Below, in pieces: positions 9,393 through 17,370 of a stretch of 64,000 nt of DNA (positions are counted from its first letter, which is position 1; every line of letters begins with the position of its first letter). This stretch comes from Chthoniobacteraceae bacterium (GTDB lineage Bacteria; Verrucomicrobiota; Verrucomicrobiia; Chthoniobacterales; Chthoniobacteraceae): assembly GCA_031409335.1 (NCBI GenBank), contig JANNWY010000196.1:79880-143879 (forward strand). Direction: 5' to 3'. A program made the position numbers and the translations under genes. The notes beneath the pieces were generated by a model. That model had not been told where the DNA came from, did not search any database, and saw only the letters and a program-made list of their open reading frames with translations.

Positions 9393-9529
9393 CTCATTCG
9401 TCCCCGCGTGTGCGGGCAGGCGAAAAACCTTCTTCGCAAGAAAGAAGAATGAGGGCACCACATCGCTCGCCGCGCGGCATTCGCCGTCGCGTCGTGGGTT
9501 GGTCTCTCCATCACAAACAAGAGACATCC

Positions 9530-10330
9530 ATGAAAATGAAATCCATCGCCGTCGCGGGCATCCTCGCGTCGGTTTCCATCGTCAACGCAACCGCCGCCGT
9601 CATCGACTTCGACGACCTCACCGTGCCACTGAGTGGCTACGAAAACGGGGCGAATCTCGCGGGCGGCTTCACCAGCCGGGGCGCGGGCTTTAACAATTCC
9701 TACGAGAGCATGTTTGGCTCGTGGGACGGGTTTGCCTACTCGACCAACGGCAATACCACGACGGCCGGCTTCCTGAATCAATACAGCGTCTTCACTGGCG
9801 GCGGCAGCGATGCGAACGGCAGCGTCGTGGCGGGCAATGTGTTTGCGCTCGGCTTCGTGGGATTCACCGTGCCGGCGATCTCGCTCGCGGCGGATCAATC
9901 GCGCCCGCTTTCGCTGCGCGTGACGAATACGACCTACGCGGCGCTTTCCATGGCGAATGGCGACGCGTTTTCAAAAAAGTTCGGTGGCGTCAGCGGCAAT
10001 GATCCCGACTTTTTCAAACTCACCGTGACCGCGCTGGATGCGAGCGATGCGCTGATCGGGACGCTGGATGTCTTCCTCGCCGACTTCCGTTTTGCCGACA
10101 ACTCGCAGGACTACATCCTGGATACTTGGACGGCAGTGGACCTTTCGTCGTTCGGCAGCGGAGTGGGTGAATTGCAATTCACGCTCGCCTCTTCCGACAA
10201 CGGCCTGTTTGGCATGAATACACCCGCGTATTTCGCGATCGATAACGTCGTCGCCGTGCCGGAGCCGGGCGCGGTCGCACTCTTGCTGACGGCCCTCGCC
10301 GCGATCGGTTCACGCCGTCGTTGGAGCTGA
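9530..10330 (+). CDS. DUF4465 (BtuJ-family, putative B12-binding) protein with PEP-CTERM anchor
   Basis: Motifs SWDGFAYS, VTNTTYAALSMANGDAFSKKFGG, LADFRF, WTAVDLSS and SSDNGLFGMNTPAYFAIDN. Signal peptide at the N-terminus; VPEPG-TM-RRR tail. Confidence 0.85.
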   Translation: MKMKSIAVAGILASVSIVNATAAVIDFDDLTVPLSGYENGANLAGGFTSRGAGFNNSYESMFGSWDGFAYSTNGNTTTAGFLNQYSVFTGGGSDANGSVVAGNVFALGFVGFTVPAISLAADQSRPLSLRVTNTTYAALSMANGDAFSKKFGGVSGNDPDFFKLTVTALDASDALIGTLDVFLADFRFADNSQDYILDTWTAVDLSSFGSGVGELQFTLASSDNGLFGMNTPAYFAIDNVVAVPEPGAVALLLTALAAIGSRRRWS

Positions 10331-10332
10331 AA

Positions 10333-11610
10333 ATGAAAGCCACCCCGCTCCATCTGCTGGCGCCCGCCGTGATGTTTTTTCACGGCGGGCTGCTCGCGGG
10401 TCCGTACTCCGCGGGCCTGAACGATCCGGCGAACGCGAGTGATGCGCCGGTGCCGGGATTTGTGGGGCTCGACGGGATCGGCGGCGTGCCGTTTGAGGAC
10501 GAATTTGGCGAGCCCATCAATGCGCGAAACTATGTGAATCCGCTTTTTTTTGGCTGGGCGTCCTCGTTTTCCGGGTACTCGCGCCCGGCCGACGTAAGCC
10601 AATTTTGGGGCAATGCGGGAAAATCACTCGGGCCGGTGACGGGCAACAATATCCACATCGTTTCCCTCGGCGATCTGAGCGCCGCGCAGATCGGCGGCGG
10701 CGCGCTGCCGGGCTCGATCACGCTGCATTTTGCGAATCCGATTCGCAATCTGACCGGCGCGGATTTTACCGTTTTTGAAAATGCGCTGATCGAGATCGGC
10801 AGCGGGATTTTCGGTGAACTCGGATACGTCGAGGCGTCGAGCGACGGCGTGAATTTCGTCCGCTTTCCCTCGGCCTCGCTCACCGCGGCCGCAGTCGGCG
10901 CGTATGGCACGTTTGATCCGACGGATGTCTTCAATCTCGCTGGTAAACATGTGAACGGGGACGGCGATTCGTGGGGCACGCCGTTCGATCTCACGGCGGT
11001 CGGGCTCGCGAGCGCGAGTCACATTCGCATCGTGGATATTCCGGGTAGCGGCGCGTTTCGCGACAGCGCGAACCGCCCGATTTACGATGCGTGGGTGACG
11101 TTCGGCTCGGGCGGCTTCGATCTGGAAGCGGTCGGCGCGATTTCGCGCGCGATCGCGTTCGATCAATGGCAAACCGTGCGCGGACTCGTCGGCGCGCAGC
11201 GCGGTGCGGCCGTGGATTTGGACCGGGACGGTGTTCCGAATTTCCTCGAATACGCCTTCGCGCGACTACCCGATCGCGTGGACGAAACTCCGACTCCCAC
11301 GACCACGGAAATCGCCGCCGGGCGACTCGTGATCACCTTTACCCGCGATGAACGCGCGTCCGATCTCGTGTATGAAGTGCAGGCCGCGAACGATCTCGCC
11401 GCAAACGCGTGGACAACGATCGCGCAAAGCACGGCAGGCGCGCCGACCGTGGCTGCGGGCGCGTTCACGCCGGCGATCACCGAGACGAGTGCGAGCGCGA
11501 TCGCGAGCGTCGGCGTGCTGCGCAAAGTGCGCGTCGCGGATGTGCAGACCGTGGCCGGAAATGCGCGTCGCTTTTTACGCATCAAAGTGACAAGCATCCC
11601 GGTGCCATGA
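10333..11610 (+). CDS. Secreted cell-surface protein, BtuH-like N-terminal domain plus verrucomicrobial C-terminal domain
   Basis: Motifs IVSLGD..GSITLHF..IRN..GADFTVFENA, YVEASSDG, GTPFDL, HIRIVD and GFDLEAV. The C-terminus reads DLDRDGVPNFLEYAF...RFLRIKV. It starts 2 nt after the previous stop. Confidence 0.65.
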   Translation: MKATPLHLLAPAVMFFHGGLLAGPYSAGLNDPANASDAPVPGFVGLDGIGGVPFEDEFGEPINARNYVNPLFFGWASSFSGYSRPADVSQFWGNAGKSLGPVTGNNIHIVSLGDLSAAQIGGGALPGSITLHFANPIRNLTGADFTVFENALIEIGSGIFGELGYVEASSDGVNFVRFPSASLTAAAVGAYGTFDPTDVFNLAGKHVNGDGDSWGTPFDLTAVGLASASHIRIVDIPGSGAFRDSANRPIYDAWVTFGSGGFDLEAVGAISRAIAFDQWQTVRGLVGAQRGAAVDLDRDGVPNFLEYAFARLPDRVDETPTPTTTEIAAGRLVITFTRDERASDLVYEVQAANDLAANAWTTIAQSTAGAPTVAAGAFTPAITETSASAIASVGVLRKVRVADVQTVAGNARRFLRIKVTSIPVP

Positions 11611-12431
11611 GCGCGCGCGCACAACGGAGATCAGCACAGCCACGAATCGGTGCGTTCACGTTGGTCGAGTTGCTCGTGGTGATTGGTCTCATCGCGGTGC
11701 TGGCCGCGGTGCTCCTGCCTATCCTTCATGCCGCAAAGGTGAGTTCGTACGCGGCGCGCAGCACGAACAGCCTGCGTCAACTCGTGGCCGCAAACATCAC
11801 GTATTCCGCGGAGAAAGGCTTCTACGTTCCCGCGGACAACCGCCGGAACAATCGGCGCTGGCACGGTGGCCGCACTTCGCCGAAAGAGCCATTCGATCCG
11901 GCGCGGGGATTCCTCGCGGAGTATCTGGGAAAATCGCGCGCGGTCACGCCGGACCCCTTTTTCAGCGACATGCTGAAGGACGGAAAGACCTTCGAGGAAG
12001 GCACGGGTGGCTATGGCTACAACGCGTCTTACGTCGGCGGCACTCCCGAGTGGGGGTGGAATCCGGACGGGACAAGGCAATCCGCCGTGCCCGCGGCGAT
12101 CGAGCGTCCGGCGACGACGATGATGTTTGCGACTTCCGCCTATGCGCGTGAAAACGGCGTGCAGGAGTATCCCTACGCCGAGCCGCCGTTCTGGGATTTC
12201 GGCGACGGCCCGGTCGCGCATCGCCCGTCGCCGACAGTCCACTTTCGCTACAACGGGCGGGCGCTCGTCGGCTGGTGCGACGGCCATGTGAGTTCCGAAG
12301 AAAGAGTCGTGCGCGCGGACGGCGAAAATCCACACTCGGGAAATGCGGAGGCGCAGAATCTCGGGTGGTTCGGCTCGGACGAGGAGAACGGCTTTTGGAA
12401 TCCGCGCCGAGTCGGCCCCAGGGGGCGCTGA
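11607..12431 (+). CDS. Type IV pilin/pseudopilin-like protein (prepilin N-terminal cleavage motif, H-X9-DG-type C-terminus, DUF1559-like)
   Basis: Motifs GAFTLVELLVVIGLIAVLAAVLLP, STNSLRQL, GYGYN and HFRYNGRALVGWCDGHV. ATGA overlap with the upstream gene. Confidence 0.85.
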   Translation: MSARAQRRSAQPRIGAFTLVELLVVIGLIAVLAAVLLPILHAAKVSSYAARSTNSLRQLVAANITYSAEKGFYVPADNRRNNRRWHGGRTSPKEPFDPARGFLAEYLGKSRAVTPDPFFSDMLKDGKTFEEGTGGYGYNASYVGGTPEWGWNPDGTRQSAVPAAIERPATTMMFATSAYARENGVQEYPYAEPPFWDFGDGPVAHRPSPTVHFRYNGRALVGWCDGHVSSEERVVRADGENPHSGNAEAQNLGWFGSDEENGFWNPRRVGPRGR

Positions 12432-12439
12432 TCGGGGCT

Positions 12440-14077
12440 TCAGGCTGCGACCGCCGACTGCGATTCCTCCGCGCCGGACGCCACCAGCACGGCGCGGCGC
12501 AACTCGGCGGCGCTGACGGGTTTTGCGACGATGAGGGCGATGCCCTCGGGCAAGGTTCCGCGCGCCTGCATTTCATCGCCAAATCCGGTCAGCAAAATCA
12601 CCGGCGTGCCGGGGGCGGTGCCGTGGATGGCGCGCGCGAGTTGCTCGCCGCTCATTCCCGGCATGGATTGGTCAGTGACGACGAGATCGAATCGCGCGGG
12701 ATTGAATTTCGCCATCGCATCGTTTCCGTCGCACGCGATTTCCACGGAGTGGCCGTCGGCGCGCAGATATTCGGCGATCAGTTCGCAGATGATTTCCTGA
12801 TCGTCGGCGACGAGGATGCGGAGGTTCCGTGAAGTCCCGGTTTCCACCGATTCCACGCAGACGTGCGATTGCGGGGCGGCCAGCGGCAGGCTGATGTGAA
12901 AGGTCGTGCCGCGGCCGATCTCGCTCGTGATTTCGATCGTTCCGCCATGCCGCTGGATGATGCCATACACCACCGACAGGCCGAGCCCGGTTCCGCGTTC
13001 GCCCTTCGTCGTGAAGAACGGTTCGAGACAGCGCGCGCGATCTTCTTCGCTCATGCCCGTGCCGGAATCGGCCACCGCGACAGTCGCGAATTCCCCCTGC
13101 ATTCCCGTGGTCGCGACGATCTTCCCGCCATTCGGCATCGCATCGACCGCGTTGAAAATCAGATTGGTCAAAACCTCGCGCAACTCCGCCGCATTCCCGG
13201 CGATCGGCGCGGATGCCTGCAGGTTCGTGAGCACTTCGATTTGCACGCCGTCCGAGCGCGCCTTGCCTTTCCATTTCGGCGCGGTGAGCGAGACGGCTTG
13301 GGTCACGGTCTCGTTGAGATCGACGGGCACGCGCACGTCGTTGCACGTCGCAGGCCGGTAAAATTCCCGCAGCCGGCTGACGACGTGCGTCGCATCCTGC
13401 GCGGCGGCGATCATGTGGCGCAGATACGCGATTTCGCGCTCCGGCCCGCTTTGCAGCATGTATGGGAGCAGCAGCTCGCCGTAGCCGAGCACCATCGTCA
13501 GCGCGTTGTTGAAATCGTGCGCGATGCCGCCGGCCATCATGCCGAGCGCGCTCAGGCGTTCCTGCTTCACCACATGCTCCTGCGTCGAGCGGAGTTCCGC
13601 GAGCAATTCCTCCAGCCGCGCCGTCCGTTCGCGGACCAACTCTTCCAGACCGAGGTTCTGCTTTTGCAATTCAAGATGCAGAAAGCGGTTTTCGAGCAGG
13701 TTGTTGATGCGCAGGACGACTTCAAAATTATCCAGCGGCTTGGTGACGAGATCCTTCGCGCCAGCGGCGAGCGCGCGGCGTTTGGTGTCGATCGTGACAT
13801 CCGCGGTGAGCACGAGGATCGGCAGATAATCCTCGGGATCGACGGCGGCCTTCAATTGCTCGATCACCGCGAAACCATCGAGGTGCGGCATGTGCAGATC
13901 GAGCAGCACGAGGTCCGGGCGAAATTCAAAATACAGCGCCAGCGCCGTCCGCGAATCCGTCGTGCTTTTCACCGCCGCGCAGCCAAACATTTCCAGCACG
14001 CGTTCCAGCAACCGGATGTTCGACGGCTCATCATCGACGATGAGGACGCGGGCCTTGTTGAGCAATGGTTGAGGCAT
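12440..14077 (-). CDS. Cytoplasmic hybrid histidine kinase (REC-HisKA-HATPase-REC)
   Basis: First REC: VLIVDDE/LLDLHMP. Kinase core: GGIAHDFNN, NLIFNAVDAM, DSGTGM, PFFTTK, GTGLGL. Second REC: LVADDQ/VTDQSMP. Confidence 0.92.
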   Translation of the reverse strand: MPQPLLNKARVLIVDDEPSNIRLLERVLEMFGCAAVKSTTDSRTALALYFEFRPDLVLLDLHMPHLDGFAVIEQLKAAVDPEDYLPILVLTADVTIDTKRRALAAGAKDLVTKPLDNFEVVLRINNLLENRFLHLELQKQNLGLEELVRERTARLEELLAELRSTQEHVVKQERLSALGMMAGGIAHDFNNALTMVLGYGELLLPYMLQSGPEREIAYLRHMIAAAQDATHVVSRLREFYRPATCNDVRVPVDLNETVTQAVSLTAPKWKGKARSDGVQIEVLTNLQASAPIAGNAAELREVLTNLIFNAVDAMPNGGKIVATTGMQGEFATVAVADSGTGMSEEDRARCLEPFFTTKGERGTGLGLSVVYGIIQRHGGTIEITSEIGRGTTFHISLPLAAPQSHVCVESVETGTSRNLRILVADDQEIICELIAEYLRADGHSVEIACDGNDAMAKFNPARFDLVVTDQSMPGMSGEQLARAIHGTAPGTPVILLTGFGDEMQARGTLPEGIALIVAKPVSAAELRRAVLVASGAEESQSAVAA

Positions 14078-14190
14078 GTTTGGGACGGGCTTGCCCGGCT
14101 TCCCTCCGGGCGGAAAGTGGCGGCATTTGTTCCCCTCTGGAAAAGCATGTGGTATGCCTCCGCCGTGCTTGCAGCCGCTTCCAAACCTTC

Positions 14191-14877
14191 ATGACGGTCC
14201 CCATCGACCGCCAAAGTTCCCGTGTGCGCAGCATGTTTTCCGCGATTGCGCGACGCTACGATTTCGCCAATCACCTACTCAGCGGCGGCCTCGATTTCTT
14301 TTGGAGAAAGCGCGCCGCCAATCTCGTCCGAGCGTGGAAACCATCGCGGATTCTCGATCTTGCGACCGGCAGCGGCGATCTCGCGCTCACGATCCGTGCC
14401 GCGTGCCCCGACGCCGTGATTGTCGGCGCCGATTTCTGCCATCCGATGCTCCGCGTCGCGCAGAAAAAGGGCCTCGCACTGCTCGTCGTCGCGGATGGCC
14501 TCCGACTCCCTTTCACCGACGCCACGTTCGATGTGCTCACGATCGCCTTCGGCCTCCGCAATATGGAATCGTGGTCCGCCGGCCTCCGCGAAATGCGGCG
14601 GGTACTGAGCCCCGGCGGGCATCTGCTCGTGCTGGATTTCTCCATCCCACCACCGCCGCTGCGCTGGATTTACCGGCCCTATCTCCACCACGCCATGCCG
14701 CGCATCGCGTCCTTCGTGACCGGGCAAAAGTCCGCGTATGACTACCTCGGCGAATCGATCGAGCAATTTCCCCACGGCGAAGCCATGTGCGCGCTTCTCC
14801 GCGAAGCAGGATTTGCCGAATCCACGTGCGAACCGCTCAGCGGCGGCATCGTTTCGCTCTATACGGCAGGGTGTTGA
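14191..14877 (+). CDS. ubiE: Ubiquinone/menaquinone biosynthesis C-methyltransferase UbiE/MenG
   Basis: Motifs MFSAIARRYDFANHLLSGG, ILDLATGSGD, IAFGLRN and AYDYLGESIEQFP. Confidence 0.9.
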   Translation: MTVPIDRQSSRVRSMFSAIARRYDFANHLLSGGLDFFWRKRAANLVRAWKPSRILDLATGSGDLALTIRAACPDAVIVGADFCHPMLRVAQKKGLALLVVADGLRLPFTDATFDVLTIAFGLRNMESWSAGLREMRRVLSPGGHLLVLDFSIPPPPLRWIYRPYLHHAMPRIASFVTGQKSAYDYLGESIEQFPHGEAMCALLREAGFAESTCEPLSGGIVSLYTAGC

Positions 14878-15566
14878 ACGGGCCGTGCTTTCACCAGCAG
14901 GAAGACAATCAATCCGAGCGTGGCCGCGGATGAAATGAGGGAACTCGCGCTCTGCACGCGGAAAAATTCGCCGGCCAGTTGCGGCGATGTCTGGCGGAGG
15001 ATGATCATCGGCGAGAGCGTGGTGCCGACTAAGGAAAGGCCGTTTGCGAGCAGGAGGAAACCGCCGGTCCACCATGGATTTTGTGCAGTCCAGTTCAACA
15101 TCGCGCTCACCCGCGAATCGGGGCGAGCGACCGCGAGCAGCGTCCAGATGAAGAGCCCGAGCGAGAGCAGTTTCGTGGCGCTGACTATCGCTGCAAAGGC
15201 CGCCGGACTGGTGGTGAGGGAAGCGCCTGCCAGCGCGAGGAGGGAATCCAAAACACCGAGTGCGCTTCGCAATGTGGTCCATCCCGCAACGCCTAAAATG
15301 AGCCACCAAAGCGCGCGACGTGGCAGCAGCGTGGACTCCGCTTTTTCAAACTCAGCCTCGATCTCTGCCGGGCTGCCGAGACGCCGGGTGGCGATGAGGA
15401 ACGCTTCCGCGTCATTGAGGCCACGCTGATGGAGATCGGCGATGCTGTCGCTCAGATGGCTTTCGAGTTCGGCGATTTTGCCGGGTTCGAGATTGCCGCG
15501 CGCGGCGAGGTGAGTGGTCCAGTGGGCGCGGGCGGATGTCAGATCGAAGCGGGAGTGGGATTCCAT
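14859..15566 (-). CDS. Membrane protein with permease-prefix domain, partner of PadR
   Basis: ELESHLSDSI...GLNDAEAFLIATRRLG followed by several TM segments. Overlaps the 3' end of the PadR gene. Confidence 0.75.
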   Translation of the reverse strand: MESHSRFDLTSARAHWTTHLAARGNLEPGKIAELESHLSDSIADLHQRGLNDAEAFLIATRRLGSPAEIEAEFEKAESTLLPRRALWWLILGVAGWTTLRSALGVLDSLLALAGASLTTSPAAFAAIVSATKLLSLGLFIWTLLAVARPDSRVSAMLNWTAQNPWWTGGFLLLANGLSLVGTTLSPMIILRQTSPQLAGEFFRVQSASSLISSAATLGLIVFLLVKARPVQHPAV

Positions 15567-15877
15567 AGGGTGTTGAGGGTTTGATGCACGGAGAGCCATT
15601 GCTGTTGCTCGGTCCTGAGCGCAGCGCCGCCAGGTTTGGTGAGGCGGTAGTATTTTCGCTTTCGACCCGTGTCAGAGTCCTTCCACTGCGCTTCGATGAG
15701 ACCCTCGTCTTCGAGACGGTGGAGCACCGGGTAAAGCATTCCTTCGGTCCAATTCAGCTCACCGCCGGAGAGTTCCTTCACACGCTGGATGAGCGCGTAG
15801 CCGTAGCTTTCGCCATCGGATAGGAGCGAAAGCAGGAGCGGTCGCGTGGAGGCGGCGACGAGTTCTCGATTGAGCAT
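15539..15877 (-). CDS. PadR-family transcriptional regulator
   Basis: Motifs ESYGYALIQ, EGMLYPVLHRLE..GLI and RKRKYYRLT..G. The start is taken at MLNRELV rather than the long ORF start. Confidence 0.92.
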   Translation of the reverse strand: MLNRELVAASTRPLLLSLLSDGESYGYALIQRVKELSGGELNWTEGMLYPVLHRLEDEGLIEAQWKDSDTGRKRKYYRLTKPGGAALRTEQQQWLSVHQTLNTLWNPTPASI

Positions 15878-16030
15878 GGGGATAGAGATACATAGCTCAA
15901 CGAGGTATGTCAACTCGTTGTGCGGAAGACATGGCCTGAGCACGGGAAACTGAAACCAGTTCGATGTCCTGATTTCCTCCCGAACCGCTGTGATGGTATG
16001 AAACCAAAAAACGAAATCCTCAAACTTCAC

Positions 16031-16402
16031 ATGAACATCACATCCCGCCTCCTCATCACTGCCCTCTGCACGTCCGCCTTGCTCCTTCCAACGCCACTTC
16101 TCGCCGCGAAAGGCGGGAAGAAGGGGAAGAAAGCCGACCAGACCCAGAATGCCGGCAAGGCTGCGCGTCCCGGTATGTTGTTGAAAAAATATGACGCCGA
16201 CTCGAACGGATCGATCGACGGAACCGAAGTCGAAGCACTTCGCAAGGCATTCGACGCGGACAAGACGGGACCTTTGAAAAAGCTCGATGCGAATAGCAAC
16301 GGCACGCTCGATGACACGGAAATCAGCGCCATCAAAAAGGGCAAAGGCAAACAGAAGAAAGCCGGGGCGGGCGGGAAAAAGAAGGCGCGGAAAAACAAGT
16401 GA
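16031..16402 (+). CDS. Small secreted Lys-rich EF-hand protein
   Basis: Signal peptide and EF loops DADSNGSIDGTE and DANSNGTLDDTE. Confidence 0.75.
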   Translation: MNITSRLLITALCTSALLLPTPLLAAKGGKKGKKADQTQNAGKAARPGMLLKKYDADSNGSIDGTEVEALRKAFDADKTGPLKKLDANSNGTLDDTEISAIKKGKGKQKKAGAGGKKKARKNK

Positions 16403-16461
16403 CGTTTTCAGGAGACGGCACTGGAAATCGTGCCGGGCCCTGCCATCTTTCAGGCACTTCC

Positions 16462-16815
16462 ATGTTGCTCCCTCGATCCTTCGCAATCGCGATTTTTCTG
16501 GCGGCCTTCGCGCCATCGTTCGCCGCCGCGGCAAAGCCAAAGCCGGCCAAAAAGTTTCCGCCCGCGGTGACTGTGAAAGATCTCGCGTTACGAGAGGCGC
16601 GGACTTGCGATACCAATCGCAACGACAAAATAGACGCGCAGGAGATGACGCAACTGCGTCTCGCGCAATCGAAGAATCCGAAGAGCTACCTGTATCTTTT
16701 CGACAACAACGGAAACAACTACCTCGACGATTCGGAGATCGCGAAAATTTCGCTGAAGCCGGAGAAACCACGGCTGATCCACGCGGATCAGCCGAAGAAA
16801 AAGAAGAAGAAGTAG
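16462..16815 (+). CDS. Small secreted Lys-rich EF-hand protein (second copy)
   Basis: Signal peptide, EF loops DTNRNDKIDAQE and DNNGNNYLDDSE, and a poly-Lys tail. Confidence 0.7.
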   Translation: MLLPRSFAIAIFLAAFAPSFAAAAKPKPAKKFPPAVTVKDLALREARTCDTNRNDKIDAQEMTQLRLAQSKNPKSYLYLFDNNGNNYLDDSEIAKISLKPEKPRLIHADQPKKKKKK

Positions 16816-16827
16816 AAAGGCATCGGC

Positions 16828-17370
16828 ATGGAAAACACCGCCGAATCCCCGCTCGCTTCGCAGAAGCGCTTGATGCTGCTGATGACGCAGCACCAGCGGC
16901 GGATTTTTTCCTACATCTTCACGCTCGTGCCATCGCGCGCGGATGCGGAGGACATCCTCCAGGACACGAGCCTCGTGATTTGCGAAAAATTTGGCGACTT
17001 CACACCCGGCACCGATTTCGCGGCATGGGCGTGCCGGATCGCGTATTGGGAAGTGCGGCGGGCGCGGCAGAAATTTGCGCGGGCGAAAGTGGTGTTCGAT
17101 CAGGACGTGGTGGATGCGCTGGCGCAGACGGCGTCCGCGATGATCGCCGAGGTGAGCGAGCGGCATGAGGCGCTGGCGGGATGTTTGAAAAAGCTGCATC
17201 CGCGCGACCGCGAATTGGTGCTGATGCGGTATGAGCCGGGCTGCGGTGTCGAGGAGGCGGCGCGCTGCTCGGGGCGCTCGCTCGATGCGGCCTACAAGGC
17301 GCTGGGGCGCATCCGCAAGACCTTGCTCGATTGCGTGAGCCACCGGCTCGCGACGGAGGGCGCGACATGA
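16828..17370 (+). CDS. ECF RNA polymerase sigma-70 factor (PVC type)
   Basis: Motifs HQRRIFSYIFTLV, DAEDILQDT, FAAWACRIA, CLKKL..RDRELV..RY and YKALGRIR. Confidence 0.9.
   Translation: MENTAESPLASQKRLMLLMTQHQRRIFSYIFTLVPSRADAEDILQDTSLVICEKFGDFTPGTDFAAWACRIAYWEVRRARQKFARAKVVFDQDVVDALAQTASAMIAEVSERHEALAGCLKKLHPRDRELVLMRYEPGCGVEEAARCSGRSLDAAYKALGRIRKTLLDCVSHRLATEGAT

Noticed and set aside
15878..16771. Long N-terminal extension of the PadR ORF (similarly 53527-53958, 9329-9529 and 11409-11606)
   Set aside because: The extensions overlap other genes or the riboswitch, and downstream ATGs give canonical N-termini.
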